Shown here one piece after another: positions 1 through 12,633 of a DNA stretch of 64,000 bases. A program made the position numbers and the translations under genes. Position 1 is the first letter of the stretch; every line of letters begins with the position of its first letter. The DNA lies in NCBI GenBank assembly GCA_002633005.1, contig NMRA01000051.1:1144713-1208712 (forward strand), written 5' to 3'. The notes under the pieces are model-generated. The model saw only the letters and a program-made list of their open reading frames with translations. It made no database searches and was not told where the DNA came from. Origin of the DNA: Phoronis australis (lineage: Eukaryota > Animalia > Phoronida).

Positions 1-149
1 TTTTTACTTCATAAGGTCATTCCTAGTCATGTTACTTATAGGGTTTAGAGTCTTGTCATCTTAGGTCAAGGGTTTATGTTTAGGTGTTGGGAATGACGTT
101 CGCCATTTACTATAAGGGCTCCACTCCTTTTCTTTAGGGAAGGGAGGAA

Positions 150-430
150 TGTAGTAAATGTCGACGTTAGTCTCGGCTGTGGCGTCTCTATGTTGTGATG
201 TCCTTTTCGTGTCAATGTTGGTCTTGGCCTGGTGCGACATCTAACGCCAGAAGAGCCCAGCCGAGGTCATACTCCGATCACGTGACGAGTCAACCATCGA
301 GACCACGTGACAAGATCGTCTGGGCCTTCTGGAGTTCGCTGCCGTCCTGTGCGGACGCAATGTGAGTATCCTCCAGACTTTGCTCTTGCACCGTGTTAAT
401 AGGCCCGAACCTGTGTGCCTTCTTGGCCAA
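150..430 (+). promoter_or_regulatory. CpG-rich putative promoter / non-coding first exon of KCTD9
   Basis: Local CpG enrichment against a CpG-poor gene body; donor-like AAT|GTGAGT at 361/362 upstream of the ATG exon. Not provable without transcripts. Confidence 0.3.
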
Positions 431-912
431 CCGACACCCATTATTACAACAGGAGCTTCACAGTCTCTAGTGCAGAGCCAGTAGAGACTGTCATGTGCCT
501 GTGGTCACTGTCTACCGAGTACGTAGCCTTGGTACAAAGCTGTATGTATATAAATTTTGACGACAGTCATCATACAGCTAGCTGGCTGGCTACCGAGTAC
601 GGTACCTTACGAGCAAGTGCAAAATTTGGTGCACGTCCAGTGCACCGCAGGTATCCATTGCGGTAACTCATTAAATCACCATTCAGCCCACATCGCATAG
701 AACTAGCACCAACGATAATAATTAACCAAATTACCTGGAAAGGGACTGAAAACTGCATCTTATCAATCGGCATGAGCATTTTGTGGGAGCAGCCATAGTC
801 ACCTTCCACACGCATGTCCGGATGTGGTTGACCGGAAATGCTCAAGTGCTCATCAACTACCAGCGACCACTGATAAATTATGTCATTTATTTCTAAATAA
901 AGCCAGTCAGTC

Positions 913-966
913 ATGTCGTCTTTCAGGCGTGTGAGTGTATTTAGAAGTGGATATGTTGAAGGAAAG
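913..966 (+). CDS. KCTD9: KCTD9 coding exon 1 ([18 protein letters not shown])
   Basis: ATG at 913 and donor AAG|GTAATC; resembles the human KCTD9 start MRRVTLFLNGSPKNGK; phase 0 fits the next exon. Confidence 0.85.
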
Positions 967-3900
967 GTAATCGGAACCAGATTATCGTATTTTACTCTTA
1001 TTTCAATCTTGATTAAATTAGTCTTGTTTGGCATCTCCATAAATAACATTCAACATCGTCATCGTCATTGAGACATGTCATATCAAGTGACATTATATTC
1101 ATTATAACAAAAGTCAGTTGAGAGCCTCGCCCACTGAGCTGTCATCTACTCATTCATGATTACTCACTAGGTGTTACCAAATGGGAACTACAATGTAGTG
1201 AAATGTGCTTGGTCCCTGGTGTTAATATGGACATTAGGAATGCTAGTATTTCACCATACTAAAAAAACAATACAAGGGGTTATCTCCCTTTCCTCCCTTC
1301 TCACCAGCAACACTAGATCTTCTGGAAAATTTTCCTTAGTTTTGCAATCATAAGTGAGTATATATAACAGAATGACCTCACTCACCCCTTAGCACCCCTC
1401 TCCTTATAGTCAGGTACTTACTGAAAGCCGTGTCACTGTGATTCTGATTTTGCTCTTGTCTCTTGTTTTTTACAATTGTCTCTGTGTCATTGTTCTGTTT
1501 TGTCTTACTGCAGGTTTTTAGAGTGCCAGGAACTCTCGAAGAACTTCTGGAAGATATAAACTCCAAGCTGCGCATTCATGCAGATAAACTATACAATAGC
1601 CAGGGTGCTTTAGTTGATGATTTGACTCTTGTGAGGTGAAGATTGGTCAAAGATCATGACAATTCTTTTAAGTACCATAAAAGTTTGTTATTAGTTTTGA
1701 TATTGATTTTCTAACAGTGTGCTTTACCCTCCAAAATAAATAAGAGCTTTCCAGTTCAACACTCTGTCCTCCTCTTTTAATTTTCTCAATAAACAATGTC
1801 TACAGGCAGTCAGTTGATTTGATAATTAGTCCTCTTAGTTCAGACAAAGTTACATTTCCCTTTTGAAAGCACTTCTGGTGTTGTCTTGGCAGCCCTTGCT
1901 GTCGATATTCTACCCTTTCTTCTGCAATCCTTTCTTTGTTGAGACCATGTAGCCTGCTTTGTGTGCGAGTCTCCTCTCTTTCCAGACATGTTTCGAAGTC
2001 CCATTTATGGAAAAACCCACAAGCAGAGATTTCAGGCATTCATTGAGTAATAACAAGTATGAGTGTTGTTCCTGTACTATACCACCAGACCTCTGTGATT
2101 ATTATTTATTGATTCTACATTTTTTTATGTCATCCACTACATTTTCCAGTGAATGTCCCACTCGTAATCATTTTATGTGTGAAATTATTAATTTTGCTAT
2201 AAACTCATCTTCTAGTGAAAACTTAACTATGGACTTAGACCAGTTTTCTACTGTATCTCTTCATACGTTGTAGCCAAAAGTACGTTGAAGACATAAAATT
2301 TTTGATTTAGACCCCTTACAACAAAAAGTTGGTCTCAATTTTTAAATTTTTTTTGTGACTTGTCCCAACTTATTCCTTATTCAAATGAGAAGTGATTTTT
2401 GAGAATTAATGTCTTGTTATTTCTTGAGATATGCTGGATGATTAACTTGGCAGGCCATGACAAGTCAAATTGTGGAGCCTTGTATCTAGGAATAATGAAC
2501 TGTTATTTATTTCGAAGTCTCTATTGTGACCAAGGAACAATTTCGAGCAATCTCATAGTGAGATGTTTTCTAAATCAAAAATTGTTTTTCTGTAACAGAG
2601 GGGGTGGTTTATAGCCACTTTAAAACATATTCTGTAATTTATTGTTTCAGAGACAGTGACATTCTTCATGCCTCTGAACCAAACTGTGATATCATGGCCA
2701 GTACTGACTTGAATAGTTGCGAGACCAGCGCACATTCCATTACCCTTAATTCCCTGTCCAAGCCTTCCACGTGTTCCCAATTGGCCCAGGACAGTTGGGC
2801 CACACTCAACGTTGGTGGGACATACTTCACCACCACAGTCAACACTCTGGTTATGAAAGAACCCACCAGTATGTTAGCACGCATGTTCTCTCCCACAGCC
2901 AATGGTGAGTTTGTAAAGATTGCTCGTACCATCATCTTCATTGACATATTTCGTTACTTCCAGTAGCAATGTTTCAGTGCATCATTTAGTCAAAAGCAAA
3001 CAATTGGAATTTTAATTAAATACGTCACTTATCATACCTCATCAGCTCGCCAGAAGCCGCAGTGGAAAGTAGTTATTGAGAGACTGAGGCATGCTTGTGG
3101 ACTAGCTTGTTTCAGATGCTCTTTTTGCACTGACTATTTTTTTCCAGGTAACAGCTGGTCCAGCAGAGTTGACCATAAAGGGGCTTACCTCATTGACCGC
3201 AGTCCACGCTACTTTGAACCAATTCTCAACTATCTCCGACATGGTGAAATCATCATTGACAAGAATGTCAATGTTCAAGGTAGGTTATAAACCATGAAGG
3301 ACATTTAGAAAGTTACAATTTCAATAAAAATCGCAAAACTTGTGATTGTTGAGACTTATGCTCAGTTTCCTGTGAATATATGCACCATTTTTGAAGGTCA
3401 CTCTGGCTGAATGAGTGTGTGCAAAATCGCTTGATGAACAATGATCATTGATCTGTTACAGGTGTCCTAGAAGAGGCCAAGTTCTTTGGTATGACTGGTC
3501 TGGTTGATGTTCTGGAGGCTATGGTGGATAAAGACATGCCTCCTTCGGATGACACCCCGATCACACGCAGGGAACTTACCCTGGCACTCATGTCTACATC
3601 TGTGTCTACAGAACTTAGATGTCAGGTAGAAAAGAAAATCCTTCAGGAGGGTTGGGGTTCATTGGGCCTGTTGATGATTTCGTTTCTGCATCATTCGTGG
3701 CTCAATGTGCTTCACCTTTACCAGGACCAGATGTTGATACTCAGTTGTACAGCTGACAATGCAGTATCTAGTCCTCATTCTAGGACACAGCAATATGGCA
3801 GCTGTTGTCTTGAAATGAAGTCACGGCTCTAGTAGACAGCCTGCCAAGCTAACCACTGAGCCACAGATGCTGTTTTAGATGTCCAGTAGATTACTACGTA

Positions 3901-4278
3901 ATGCATGGATTAGGTTAGGTGTCTCGCTCAGAATTCAGCACATTAAATTATTTCTGTTTTAAAGTAAAATAAGTGGTTGATTGTACACATTACGTAAGTA
4001 ATTGGACAGAATTCTGTTTTTCTCTCATGGCGTACAGTGGCTCCTCCTTTCTGTTACTCCGTTGGTGAATTTCGATCGCACTGTGTCGTCATGATTGGAA
4101 ATTCCACTATGGTCAGAAATCATTACGGAATTTTCGTTCGTTTTGTCTGATCATTTTTGGAGTGCTCTGTACATGTTTTAATACTGTTTTATTTCACTAA
4201 TTAATTTTTGTCATGCATGCTTACATAGTTTTCTCTGGTGTCTCAGTATCAGAGGGCTAGTGATGGTGTACCAATTAG

Positions 4279-4326
<48 letters not shown>

Positions 4327-7300
4327 ACGTGTGCACGTGTGTGCACGTTCACGTGTGTGCTCATTCATTCGTGCATAATATCTAATGTCTTTCTTCTACA
4401 TTGTCAGGGATTAAACTTCTCCGGTGCTAATCTGTCCAAGCTGGATCTCAGGCAGATCAACTTCAAGTATGCCAACTTCACTGGTGTTAACCTGTCTGGG
4501 GCCAATCTGTCGCACTGCAACTTTGAGAGGGCGGATTTGTCACATGCCAACCTTGATGTGAGTACACAGTGAATGTACATAAAGTAGATATCGAGACACA
4601 TCGTTGTATTGCTTGACCCGATAATGTCGCCATGGTGGCTTTTTGAGTGGACATTGATTTCACCAAGTGCTGTATGTATTTGGTATTGGTGGATTTTGAA
4701 GTGAGGAATATATTGTATGTGGCTCTGGTAATGGCATTTTTGTTGCCGCACCTCAACAAAACCCATGACATCATGTCTCAGCCATTGTTGGCAGATTGGT
4801 TATGATGTTTTTATAGATGAAGTTGCAGACGAGGTGATTTGGTTTGGAATTCAAAAGGATTACACTCCTGCTAATTAGTGAGTTTTGATGGCATTAAGAG
4901 CTCTCAAAGAAATAAAGTTATAAAGAGACAATGTAGCTTAGAGGTTCGAGCTAAAGACTCCTGGTTGGGAGAACATGCTTCAAATGTTAGCTTACACTGG
5001 CAGACTATTCTAGCTAGCATTGCACATTGGTGTCTTCTACTCGTCTGTGCTCAGTATTAATTGTGAATGTTGGCAAGGGGATGACTAAGAACTTGGATAT
5101 AATGCGAAAGCAATTTCTAGGGGTGTGTTCATATTTGATATAACTAGAAGCATCATGAGTTAAGTACAGATATATATTTACTGTTTGAATAGAGAAATCA
5201 GTTGAAGTTCAGTTCAGAGAAAGTACAAACAACAGAATGCCATAGCTGCTGGTTGATGTTTATTTTGAACTCGTGATGATGCATGAAGAACATTATCGCT
5301 GTTCTGGCTGAGAAATGCATTTTTTGGAATATTGTTGAATCCTATAGTATAGAATTTTGATGTTAATAACTTTGACCAGAGCTATAAAACAATAGAATCT
5401 GTTGTATTTTTTGTTATTTTATTACACTTCGGCATTTCTCTCCATTGCTTGCCAGAAGTTTGCTGAAATCAAGACCAATGACTTTATACGTTAAATACAC
5501 TTTAATTAGTCTGCCATGTATTGAAGGGGATTTAGCTCAACCAGCTGGGTATTTGACTGGGACTACCAATGTTCTAGTTTCAATTCCACACTGGGACTAA
5601 TCCTAGAAAAAGAGTATTCTCACCGATAATATTATGTCTGACACTTTAACAAAGCGAAACATCATCTTTTATACTAATCTATTTTGTGATTGTGGTTATT
5701 TCCAAATTTTCAATATAACTGTGGCCAGAGTGTGATGTCATTAAGAGCACTGTTTGTCAAATTTTGGAGCTTTGGTGGTGTCTGTAGCAAGATGTGTGTT
5801 GGTGTTGCTATGGTGTAACTGTATGTTACTGTTGCCAGGGTGCTAACTTGCTGGGAGTGAAGATGCTGTGTGCACACTTGGAGGGCACCTCACTGGTGGG
5901 GTGCAACTTTGAGGACCCGGCAGGCAGTAGAGCCAATATGGAAGGTAAAGTGTAGGACACTACGTCTCCAAAACACTTTGTCTTTTATGTTCGTATTATA
6001 GCCAGTTATCAAGTCCATTTTGTAGGTGTATTTTTGTTGCGAGTTGTCGTCAGGGTTTAGTCGACGTGCAGATTTTTATTTCATCCAAGCAATAATAATT
6101 AGACGTTAGCCCTCACTGAGCAACCTTTGCCTGTCAGAGACTTAATTGCTGGTTGTAGTCAAAGGAACTCATCAACCATATGATTACGAAAACTCACTGT
6201 TGAAATAAACCGAAACTTCAGCTGATCAATCGATTTATTAATTAATCTGATACCGAAAATGCCTGCACTTCTTGCTGAGAACTTTTTTTCTGGGTGTGGG
6301 TTGTGTTCTCTGAATTCAGCTCCAAATTATTTTTGATATTATTTTAGTGCGACTTTTGTGTACTAAAGTGCAATGTGGTTTATATGGATTGATGGCCCCA
6401 GCATTAAAGCTCTAAGTTCGAGTCTGGACTCGAAATTTTAACTTGAATTGGAAATTAGGGGTCGTAAAATATCCACTTAGACTAGAAACTTGAATGGGTA
6501 ACCCATAATATAACCTATCACGTCTTGAGTTCATACGAAGTAGAACAGAAAGTGTCAAAATTTATTGGAGTTGAATTCGGAGATTAGGTCCTTAGCCTCG
6601 ATATGTCATTCTCTCAATTCTTAGCTAAAATTGAAACATTCTAGGTAGACCATGTGTGGAATTTGAAAGACCTTAGTGTCTGCCGCCTCGCTTAATTCTT
6701 TCACTCATTGTGCGCATTTTGTAACAGAGGCGTTAACCATTGTTAAATAATCTTAAGTGTTTTCAATTTTTAACTGCCGCTTTGTTTTACAGGTGCAATA
6801 ATGAAGAATGTGAACTTGGAAGGAAGTCACATGGCTAGTGTCAATTTAAGGGTAGCTACGTTAAAGAATAGCAACCTGCAGAACTGTGATCTAAGGGGAG
6901 CTGTACTGGCAGGGGCTGATCTAGAGGTGAGTGGGGGACTACTATGAGTAACTTAACTGAGGGGTATTGTACCAGCAAGGGCAGATTTAAAGGTGAATGG
7001 GGAAGTACTGTTACACGTAACTATTTACTGAGGGGGCTGTACCAGCATGGATGATCTAGTGGTGATACTATTGGGGTAAAGTAACCATTTATTGAGGGAT
7101 ACTGTACCAGTGTGGTCTAATCTAAAGGTTAATGGCGGACTATGATGGGTAATCATTTACTTGTGAGGGCTGAACAACCAAGAGCTGATTTAGAGCTTAG
7201 TGGAAGGACTTACTTATAGCTACTTACTGGATTGTTGTGAGTATACGGTGTTTTCTCTAACAGTTTGTACACTAATGTACAAACAGTTTTTCCATTGAGA

Positions 7301-9057
7301 ACTTCGTGTTCCAATTAATAGAGACTGGCTGTATGAACGATTAGAGAATGAAATCATGTGATCGAATTATTAGAGATAAAGATTGATGATAACAATGATT
7401 TCAGCAACGGCCTCCAAAACAGTGGTTTGGCAATGTGAATTATATCACAAGTAATAAAGTGTTGTCCTGGATTATGGATTACTTCAAAATATAATACTTA
7501 AACGCTTGGTCGCTTTGTTTTTTTCCCATTTTCGCAAACTTCAAAAATCCTGTCGGCTTCAATACCTCCGTCTGCCACACTAAGTTTCTGACTGCAGTGC
7601 ACTAGACAAAACATGTGTTTGAAAAAAGCCAAAGACATGTGACATAACTCACGAAAGGTGTCAAATTCTCCGTATTTTGTTGAAATTTCCCCGGTTTTGG
7701 ACCAATAGTCCCAATTTTCTCAAAATCTAGTTGCCGGGTTATCGAGGATGTGTTGCGGCCAAAAGGACAGTGTCCCTCACTGGGTTCGTGTAATTTGCTG
7801 CCGCTCAATTTCAGATTTCAAAGGTTGGCAATATGTTTGTGTATCATCTTGAAGTAATAAAAAATGCAAGTAAAATTTTGTTTTTCGCATATTGCATCTC
7901 AGTCAAACTTGCGTTACCAGATTTCACCAATATTGCTGGCGGCTCTTTAGAAATATATATTTTTGATAACTGTACGCACAAGCATGAATTTTCTCAGGGT
8001 CAAACAGAACTGTTGTGTACCCTGGCACTTAATTGAAATTTCTCAAAAGTTAAAGGGGTGCATGTTTCACGTAATGGCAAATAAGTGGCGCTGGGCGGTC
8101 GAGATGAGGCACCTGAACTAAACCTTACGTTGACAATTCATTGGGTCACAGAGTCTCGAACCTTAAACATCCCAAACACAAAAAGAAACATCTGAACTTA
8201 GTTTCTCAAACATTTATTTCGTCAAACAGCTAATTAATTACTCTCTGACTCAGGACTTTACAGGTAGCATGCGTGCAGTTCTACTCATGTCACATGACTG
8301 TAAACATAAATTTAATTTATACTGTAACCACTGGAACACGTGAAGCTTGCACGTGCTCACTTCTGCACTGTTGCCATGTGAGAATAGCTGTAATCCAACC
8401 GGAGCGCTGCATGGTCGTTGCTCGTCTGCACTCTACAGCACTAACAAGACCACGGAATGTCACGGTACTATTACTCCGCAATTTTTAAAAATTTTTTGTG
8501 TAATACTATTCTGAGGGTAACAGAACCTTTGTTGGGAAAATCCATGGTTATGACATTTTATCACCATTTTACTGCCATTTCATTAATATCCAAAAGCATG
8601 TACAAATTATTGTTTCAGACGGTTATATTTGTATGAATTATTTTTGCTTCAGACACCTCTTGTACATGTATGAACTATTAGAGACGTCTCATTTCAAGGG
8701 AGGTGTACGGACTATTAGAGTGTATGAACTGTTAGAAAAATCACTGTATGCACAATCTAACTCGAGCTGACTCGCAAAAATTCATTGGGATTTGTGGTTA
8801 GCTTATCTAGTTTTGCTGGCATAGTAATAGCACCCAGTGATGATAGTCATTCTATTTTATTAGTTAGTAGTTAATTTCCATTCTCTTGCTTAGCAATATC
8901 TGGGAAATCAATTATAATCCGACCGTGGTTTCCATTCCAGAACTGTGACCTTTCTGGATGTGACCTGCAGGAGGCCAACTTGCGAGGCGCCAACCTCAAG
9001 GGGGCCATGTTTGAATTGATGCTTAACCCTCTGCACATGTCGCAAACTGTCAGATAG
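913..9057 (+). CDS. KCTD9: BTB/POZ domain-containing protein KCTD9 (complete, 9 coding exons, 410 aa)
   Basis: Exons 913-966, 1514-1635, 2651-2904, 3148-3279, 3462-3625, 4408-4557, 5839-5944, 6793-6926, 8941-9057 join in frame (1233 nt) with GT..AG introns. The product has a KHA-type N-terminus, a BTB domain ([14 protein letters not shown]...[20 protein letters not shown]), pentapeptide repeats and the C-terminus PLHMSQTVR*, matching vertebrate KCTD9 (PLHMSQSVR). Confidence 0.96.
1514..1635 (+). CDS. KCTD9: KCTD9 coding exon 2 (KHA domain)
   Basis: Acceptor ctgcag| after a pyrimidine tract; [40 protein letters not shown](R); donor AG|GTGAAG. Confidence 0.92.
2350..2623 (-). mobile_element. 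TTAA-ended (Kolobok-like) element fragment
   Basis: Ends GGTTTATAGCCACT TTAA, the reverse complement of the 15240 terminus; shares TTCCTTA..CAAATGAGAAGTGAT with the 11120 and 26315 copies. Confidence 0.55.
2651..2904 (+). CDS. KCTD9: KCTD9 coding exon 3 (linker + BTB start)
   Basis: tttcag| acceptor; DSDILHASE...[37 protein letters not shown]; donor G|GTGAGT. Confidence 0.92.
3148..3279 (+). CDS. KCTD9: KCTD9 coding exon 4 (BTB)
   Basis: ttttccag| acceptor; [43 protein letters not shown]; donor G|GTAGGT. Confidence 0.94.
3462..3625 (+). CDS. KCTD9: KCTD9 coding exon 5
   Basis: ttacag| acceptor; [18 protein letters not shown]...STELRCQ; donor CAG|GTAGAA. Confidence 0.94.
3770..3866 (-). mobile_element. 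Decayed tRNA-derived SINE head (possible)
   Basis: Minus strand begins TGTGGCTCAGTGGTTAGC (A-box-like); the rest is degenerate. Confidence 0.3.
4280..4325. repeat. (TG)23 microsatellite followed by degenerate GCACGTGT repeats
   Basis: Directly visible, ~80 nt upstream of the KCTD9 exon 6 acceptor. Confidence 0.97.
4408..4557 (+). CDS. KCTD9: KCTD9 coding exon 6 (pentapeptide repeats)
   Basis: [50 protein letters not shown]; gtcag| acceptor, |GTGAGT donor. Confidence 0.95.
5525..5660 (+). mobile_element. Decayed tRNA-derived SINE head (possible)
   Basis: GGGGATTTAGCTCAA (A-box-like) and GTTTCAATTCC (B-box-like) at tRNA-like spacing; no intact cloverleaf. Confidence 0.3.
5839..5944 (+). CDS. 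KCTD9: KCTD9 coding exon 7
   Basis: [35 protein letters not shown]; gccag| acceptor, G|GTAAAG donor. Confidence 0.94.
6793..6926 (+). CDS. KCTD9: KCTD9 coding exon 8
   Basis: [44 protein letters not shown]; ttacag| acceptor, GAG|GTGAGT donor. Confidence 0.95.
6894..7230 (+). repeat. Degenerate tandem repeat (5 x ~64-71 bp) of the KCTD9 exon 8 end + splice donor
   Basis: Units start ~6894, 6960, 7031, 7095, 7166; consensus AGGG..CTGTACCAG...GATCTA(G/A)AG GT..(TGG)...GTAAC..TTACTG. Confidence 0.8.
7246..8746. mobile_element. Non-autonomous Tc1/mariner-pogo-like DNA element (~1.5 kb)
   Basis: Imperfect TIRs ta|CGGTGTTTTCTCTAACAGTTTGTACAC and GTGTATGAACTGTTAGAAAAATCACTG|ta, flanked by TA; subterminal GTATGAAC..TTAGAG repeats; no transposase ORF. 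Confidence 0.55.
8941..9057 (+). CDS. KCTD9: KCTD9 last coding exon
   Basis: ttccag| acceptor; [38 protein letters not shown] then TAG. Confidence 0.96.
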   Translation, partial: NCDLSGCDLQEANLRGANLKGAMFELMLNPLHMSQTVR

Positions 9058-12000
9058 TCAGCGGTGTTGAGGAAATATGGAACTTCTGATATCATGATTT
9101 TGCATATCAAACCCTGCCGATTTTCGATCCGAAGAAATATCAGGTTTTTAAAAAATCTACTGTATGTATTATCTAAACTGTATTTGTGACAGTTTTTTTG
9201 TGGATTGTGTGAGAAATCCAGAAGTTGGTATATTGGAGTTGTCTTGTGTAGCAGTGATGGGTTATTGTTCAACTGTTGTTCTGCTGCGAGTAAGCTTCAT
9301 CAATGTTTTACAATTGATATGCCATTATATTTAGGTAAAATAATGGGCTGAAACCCCATCTCTGTGCCATGTTATACAGAAAATCAAAGTAACTATTAAG
9401 TATTTAGGGAATGGAAATGCTTTGAAGGTTCTGTTTATTGGTTGCCAGTCGAGTGACTGAAGTGGAAGTAAACTTTGCTCATAAGTTAATGAAAAGATAC
9501 TATTGTCATCAGGTTAAAAATAAGTGCTTTTGTTTTGTCACAGGATTTTAGTTGAAGAACCAAATAAACATGCACATTCTAGTCTAATCCTTGTACACAA
9601 TTGAATAATTCCATGCTAATGGACTAAAACACATTTGTGCAATCATAGTCTAGTACATGGTCTGCCAACTCTCTATTTTTTCAATGGACAAAATCTGTGG
9701 TTGTACGCACAAGGCATGAGCAACACTATTGGCTGGGAGGTCTTCTGCTACTAACCAGAAAGTGGCGCCTCTTCTGGGAATTCCATATGAAAATATCGGA
9801 GTTGCAAACCTGTCGTCTACAATATAGGTACAATATATAGTAAACATTGTCTAGTTTAGGCACAATGTTTGTGGACAAGTGGAATTTCATTTTTGTCAAA
9901 TTTCTCATAACTTTTCAGGAAATTTTGCTGTTTTGGTACCATGTGTATGTCAGACGTGTCAGCAAACATTTGGTAAAATGTGACCATTTGTAGCAACGTT
10001 TTAAAGAATTCAAATGACAACTTCTGATATTATTTTTGTCCCAAATTGAAGACTTTTACCAAAATATGATGTTGAGGGTTTCAAGCTATGTCTAAATCTT
10101 TGTGCTTCTAGTAAAAAGATTTTGATACATTTGGACACATCTAAATATACTTTAGTCTTTCAGACTCACCACTTTTGAATTCATTTGCTGCTCGAAAATC
10201 ATTCACGCCATGTTTCCACCCAAAGTGATATTTTCTAAAGAAGACCTTGCAGGATGTTGACATGAAGCTGGTCAGTGAAATAAAAAAAACCTAAAATGTC
10301 CGATAGCCCCAAGCTTCAACTGATGTAAGATGTCCTTGTACAAGAAATTTCAGTCTCTACACATTTGTTAACTAAAGATTTATAATTGGCCTATTTTGGG
10401 TAATCTCCATCAATGGTTCAAAAATTAACCTTTCAGTAGTATTTTGCTGTGAATCCTGAAAATTTCCAAATTTGGCTTTCTTTGGAACATCTCAGAAATG
10501 GCTGGTCAAATTCACGTGAAGCTTTCAGATACTTTGATTTTTGCACAGTTCTTCAAAATGCTTTTTTTGAAAACACATTGCCTGAAATTTGAGAAATATG
10601 ATTAATGTCAAAATTACCCTTGCCCCACGTTTCAGAATGAAGACAATCTTTGTGGGAGATTCTGTTTCCCGAATTCTAGAGACTGTCCCAAACTGGAGAA
10701 TTTTTACTGTTATAGTAATTTGAACAATCATCCTTGAATAAAGATTAGTACACAAAAATTCTGAGCAAATCAAAAATTAAACTTTATTAAACAGACAAGT
10801 TTTCATTGCACTTTTTACAATAAAGACACCATTAATTAGATACATGGACACTGGTTTTCATAAAAAATCGGCAATTACTTCATTGTCAAATCAGAGAAAT
10901 TTACAAGCAAAATTTTCCAATAATTCCATGTTAGCTGTGCTCTGATTTTGAAGACTATTCTCAATAATAACACCCATGAAACACGTCTTCCACAGGTGTA
11001 ATATTTTATTACAAAAACTCCAGTGTCATAATATGGAAGATGCTATGTTATTGCTGCTGTGACGTCTTGCTTTGCACAACAGAAGGTTTAAGTGTATAAC
11101 CCCACATTCCATCCAAGAAGGGAACCCAATTTGTTCCTTACTCAGATGAGCAGTGATTCTGGGCTTGCAAAGAGCAGAGTTCATAATTCCTAAAGATCTT
11201 CTTAGGCATAAATTTGGCATGAAAAGCCAACTTGCACAGCCCGACTATAACAAATTGTCAGCTCTTTGGAAGCCCTGAAATTGCCTTCAGTTTGGCAAAA
11301 TTATAAAACCATTTTCTTTATTATGAGTGGACATCGAAGTCAAAAGTTGTTTTTGTGACGGATGGTAAGTTTATGTTTATAGCCTCTTTTAATTAAAAAA
11401 CAGTGAGAACTGTTTGCACAATTTATTGTATTTACAGGATATGCAGTTACTTAGCAAAGCAAAGTGGCATGTTTCAAAATAATCAATGCCTTTACAATGG
11501 ACGACAACACATGTATAAACCACCTGTTCAGTGTACCAAACAGGAACATTCAGTCATTTATAACAGTATGATTTAATTTACACATCTGACCACTGAGTAC
11601 ATATTGAATATTCAGCTCCCATCCTGAGTATTTGTAAACTCAAGGCACAAACCGTCAATCAGGTTAACTTAAAAAAAAAACATTCAAATCTAGGTATCTG
11701 ATTAAAAAGTTAATATGCTTAAGGTGATTTATAATAATTTAATTTTTTATTAATGTTGACAGAACATGCAAAAAATTTTCCCTTATGCAAGAATGAACCA
11801 CATGACATAATTAGGTGTTTCGTAGAGTCGAGTCTTAGCAATAATCATAGAAACTGTAGGAAAAATTAATATGAATATGTAAACCTTAAACCAGCGTGGA
11901 AACAAAGATCGTAAACATTTTGAAGTCTGGCCTGCATGGTTAGCAGGAGGTTCTATGTTCGAGTCCTGGTCGGGCAGTGGCCAACAGGTGGTGTGCAGGC

Positions 12001-12413
12001 TAGACTTTAAAAAGTTTGCAAACTTTATCATTAGGTACTAACAGTTGGTTATCTAAGACTGACCAAATCCCTCCTTGTTAAAAATTCTATTGATTCAGTG
12101 ATAATTTCCTTCTGGGTTCATTTGCAATCATCTTGTGGTAATTTCTGCATTCCTACAGTATTTATCCTTTTCAAAAGTTTCCATCACCTTGTTGAAGTTA
12201 ATTTTATTAAGTTTTCTTTGCAAAACCTAGACAAGCGACTAACCATATCTGGGGCCCATTTTACCAGTCATAGCTGAGACTGTCATATCTGAGATTTTTA
12301 TTGGGACACAATTCATTAATTGGTTTTTAAAGAATTGTTCTGCAAAACCAGTGGTTGAAATCAAGAACACAAGTGATTAGAATGTGAGACCGGGCAAAAA
12401 CACTGCAGACCAG

Positions 12414-12633
12414 GGGCCCGTTCCAAGAAAACTGACTTAATCAAAACAAATCTTAAATTTTAGTCAACCTTAAAAACCTAAATTTGTCTCAAGCCCGTTT
12501 TAAGAAAAAGATCTTGAGTTTTGTCTTAATTTTGACTAACTTTCCGAATGTGGAAGTTTCAAAGTTCCGAAGCTGAGACAAATCTTAGAGTTAAGTCAAA
12601 AATGAACTTAAGTCAGTCTCTTGGAATGGGCCC
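12414..12633. mobile_element. PIF/Harbinger-type MITE (220 bp, CAG target duplication)
   Basis: TIRs GGGCCCGTTCCAAGAAAACTGACTTAA / TTAAGTCAGTCTCTTGGAATGGGCCC, flanked by CAG on both sides. Confidence 0.85.

Noticed and set aside
570-1049. 159-aa minus-strand ORF
   Set aside because: Antisense to KCTD9 exon 1 and its flanks; no recognisable domain or coding-like composition.
5525-5600. tRNA gene
   Set aside because: A/B-box-like remnants only; no cloverleaf can be formed. The same applies to look-alikes near 11930 and 33010.
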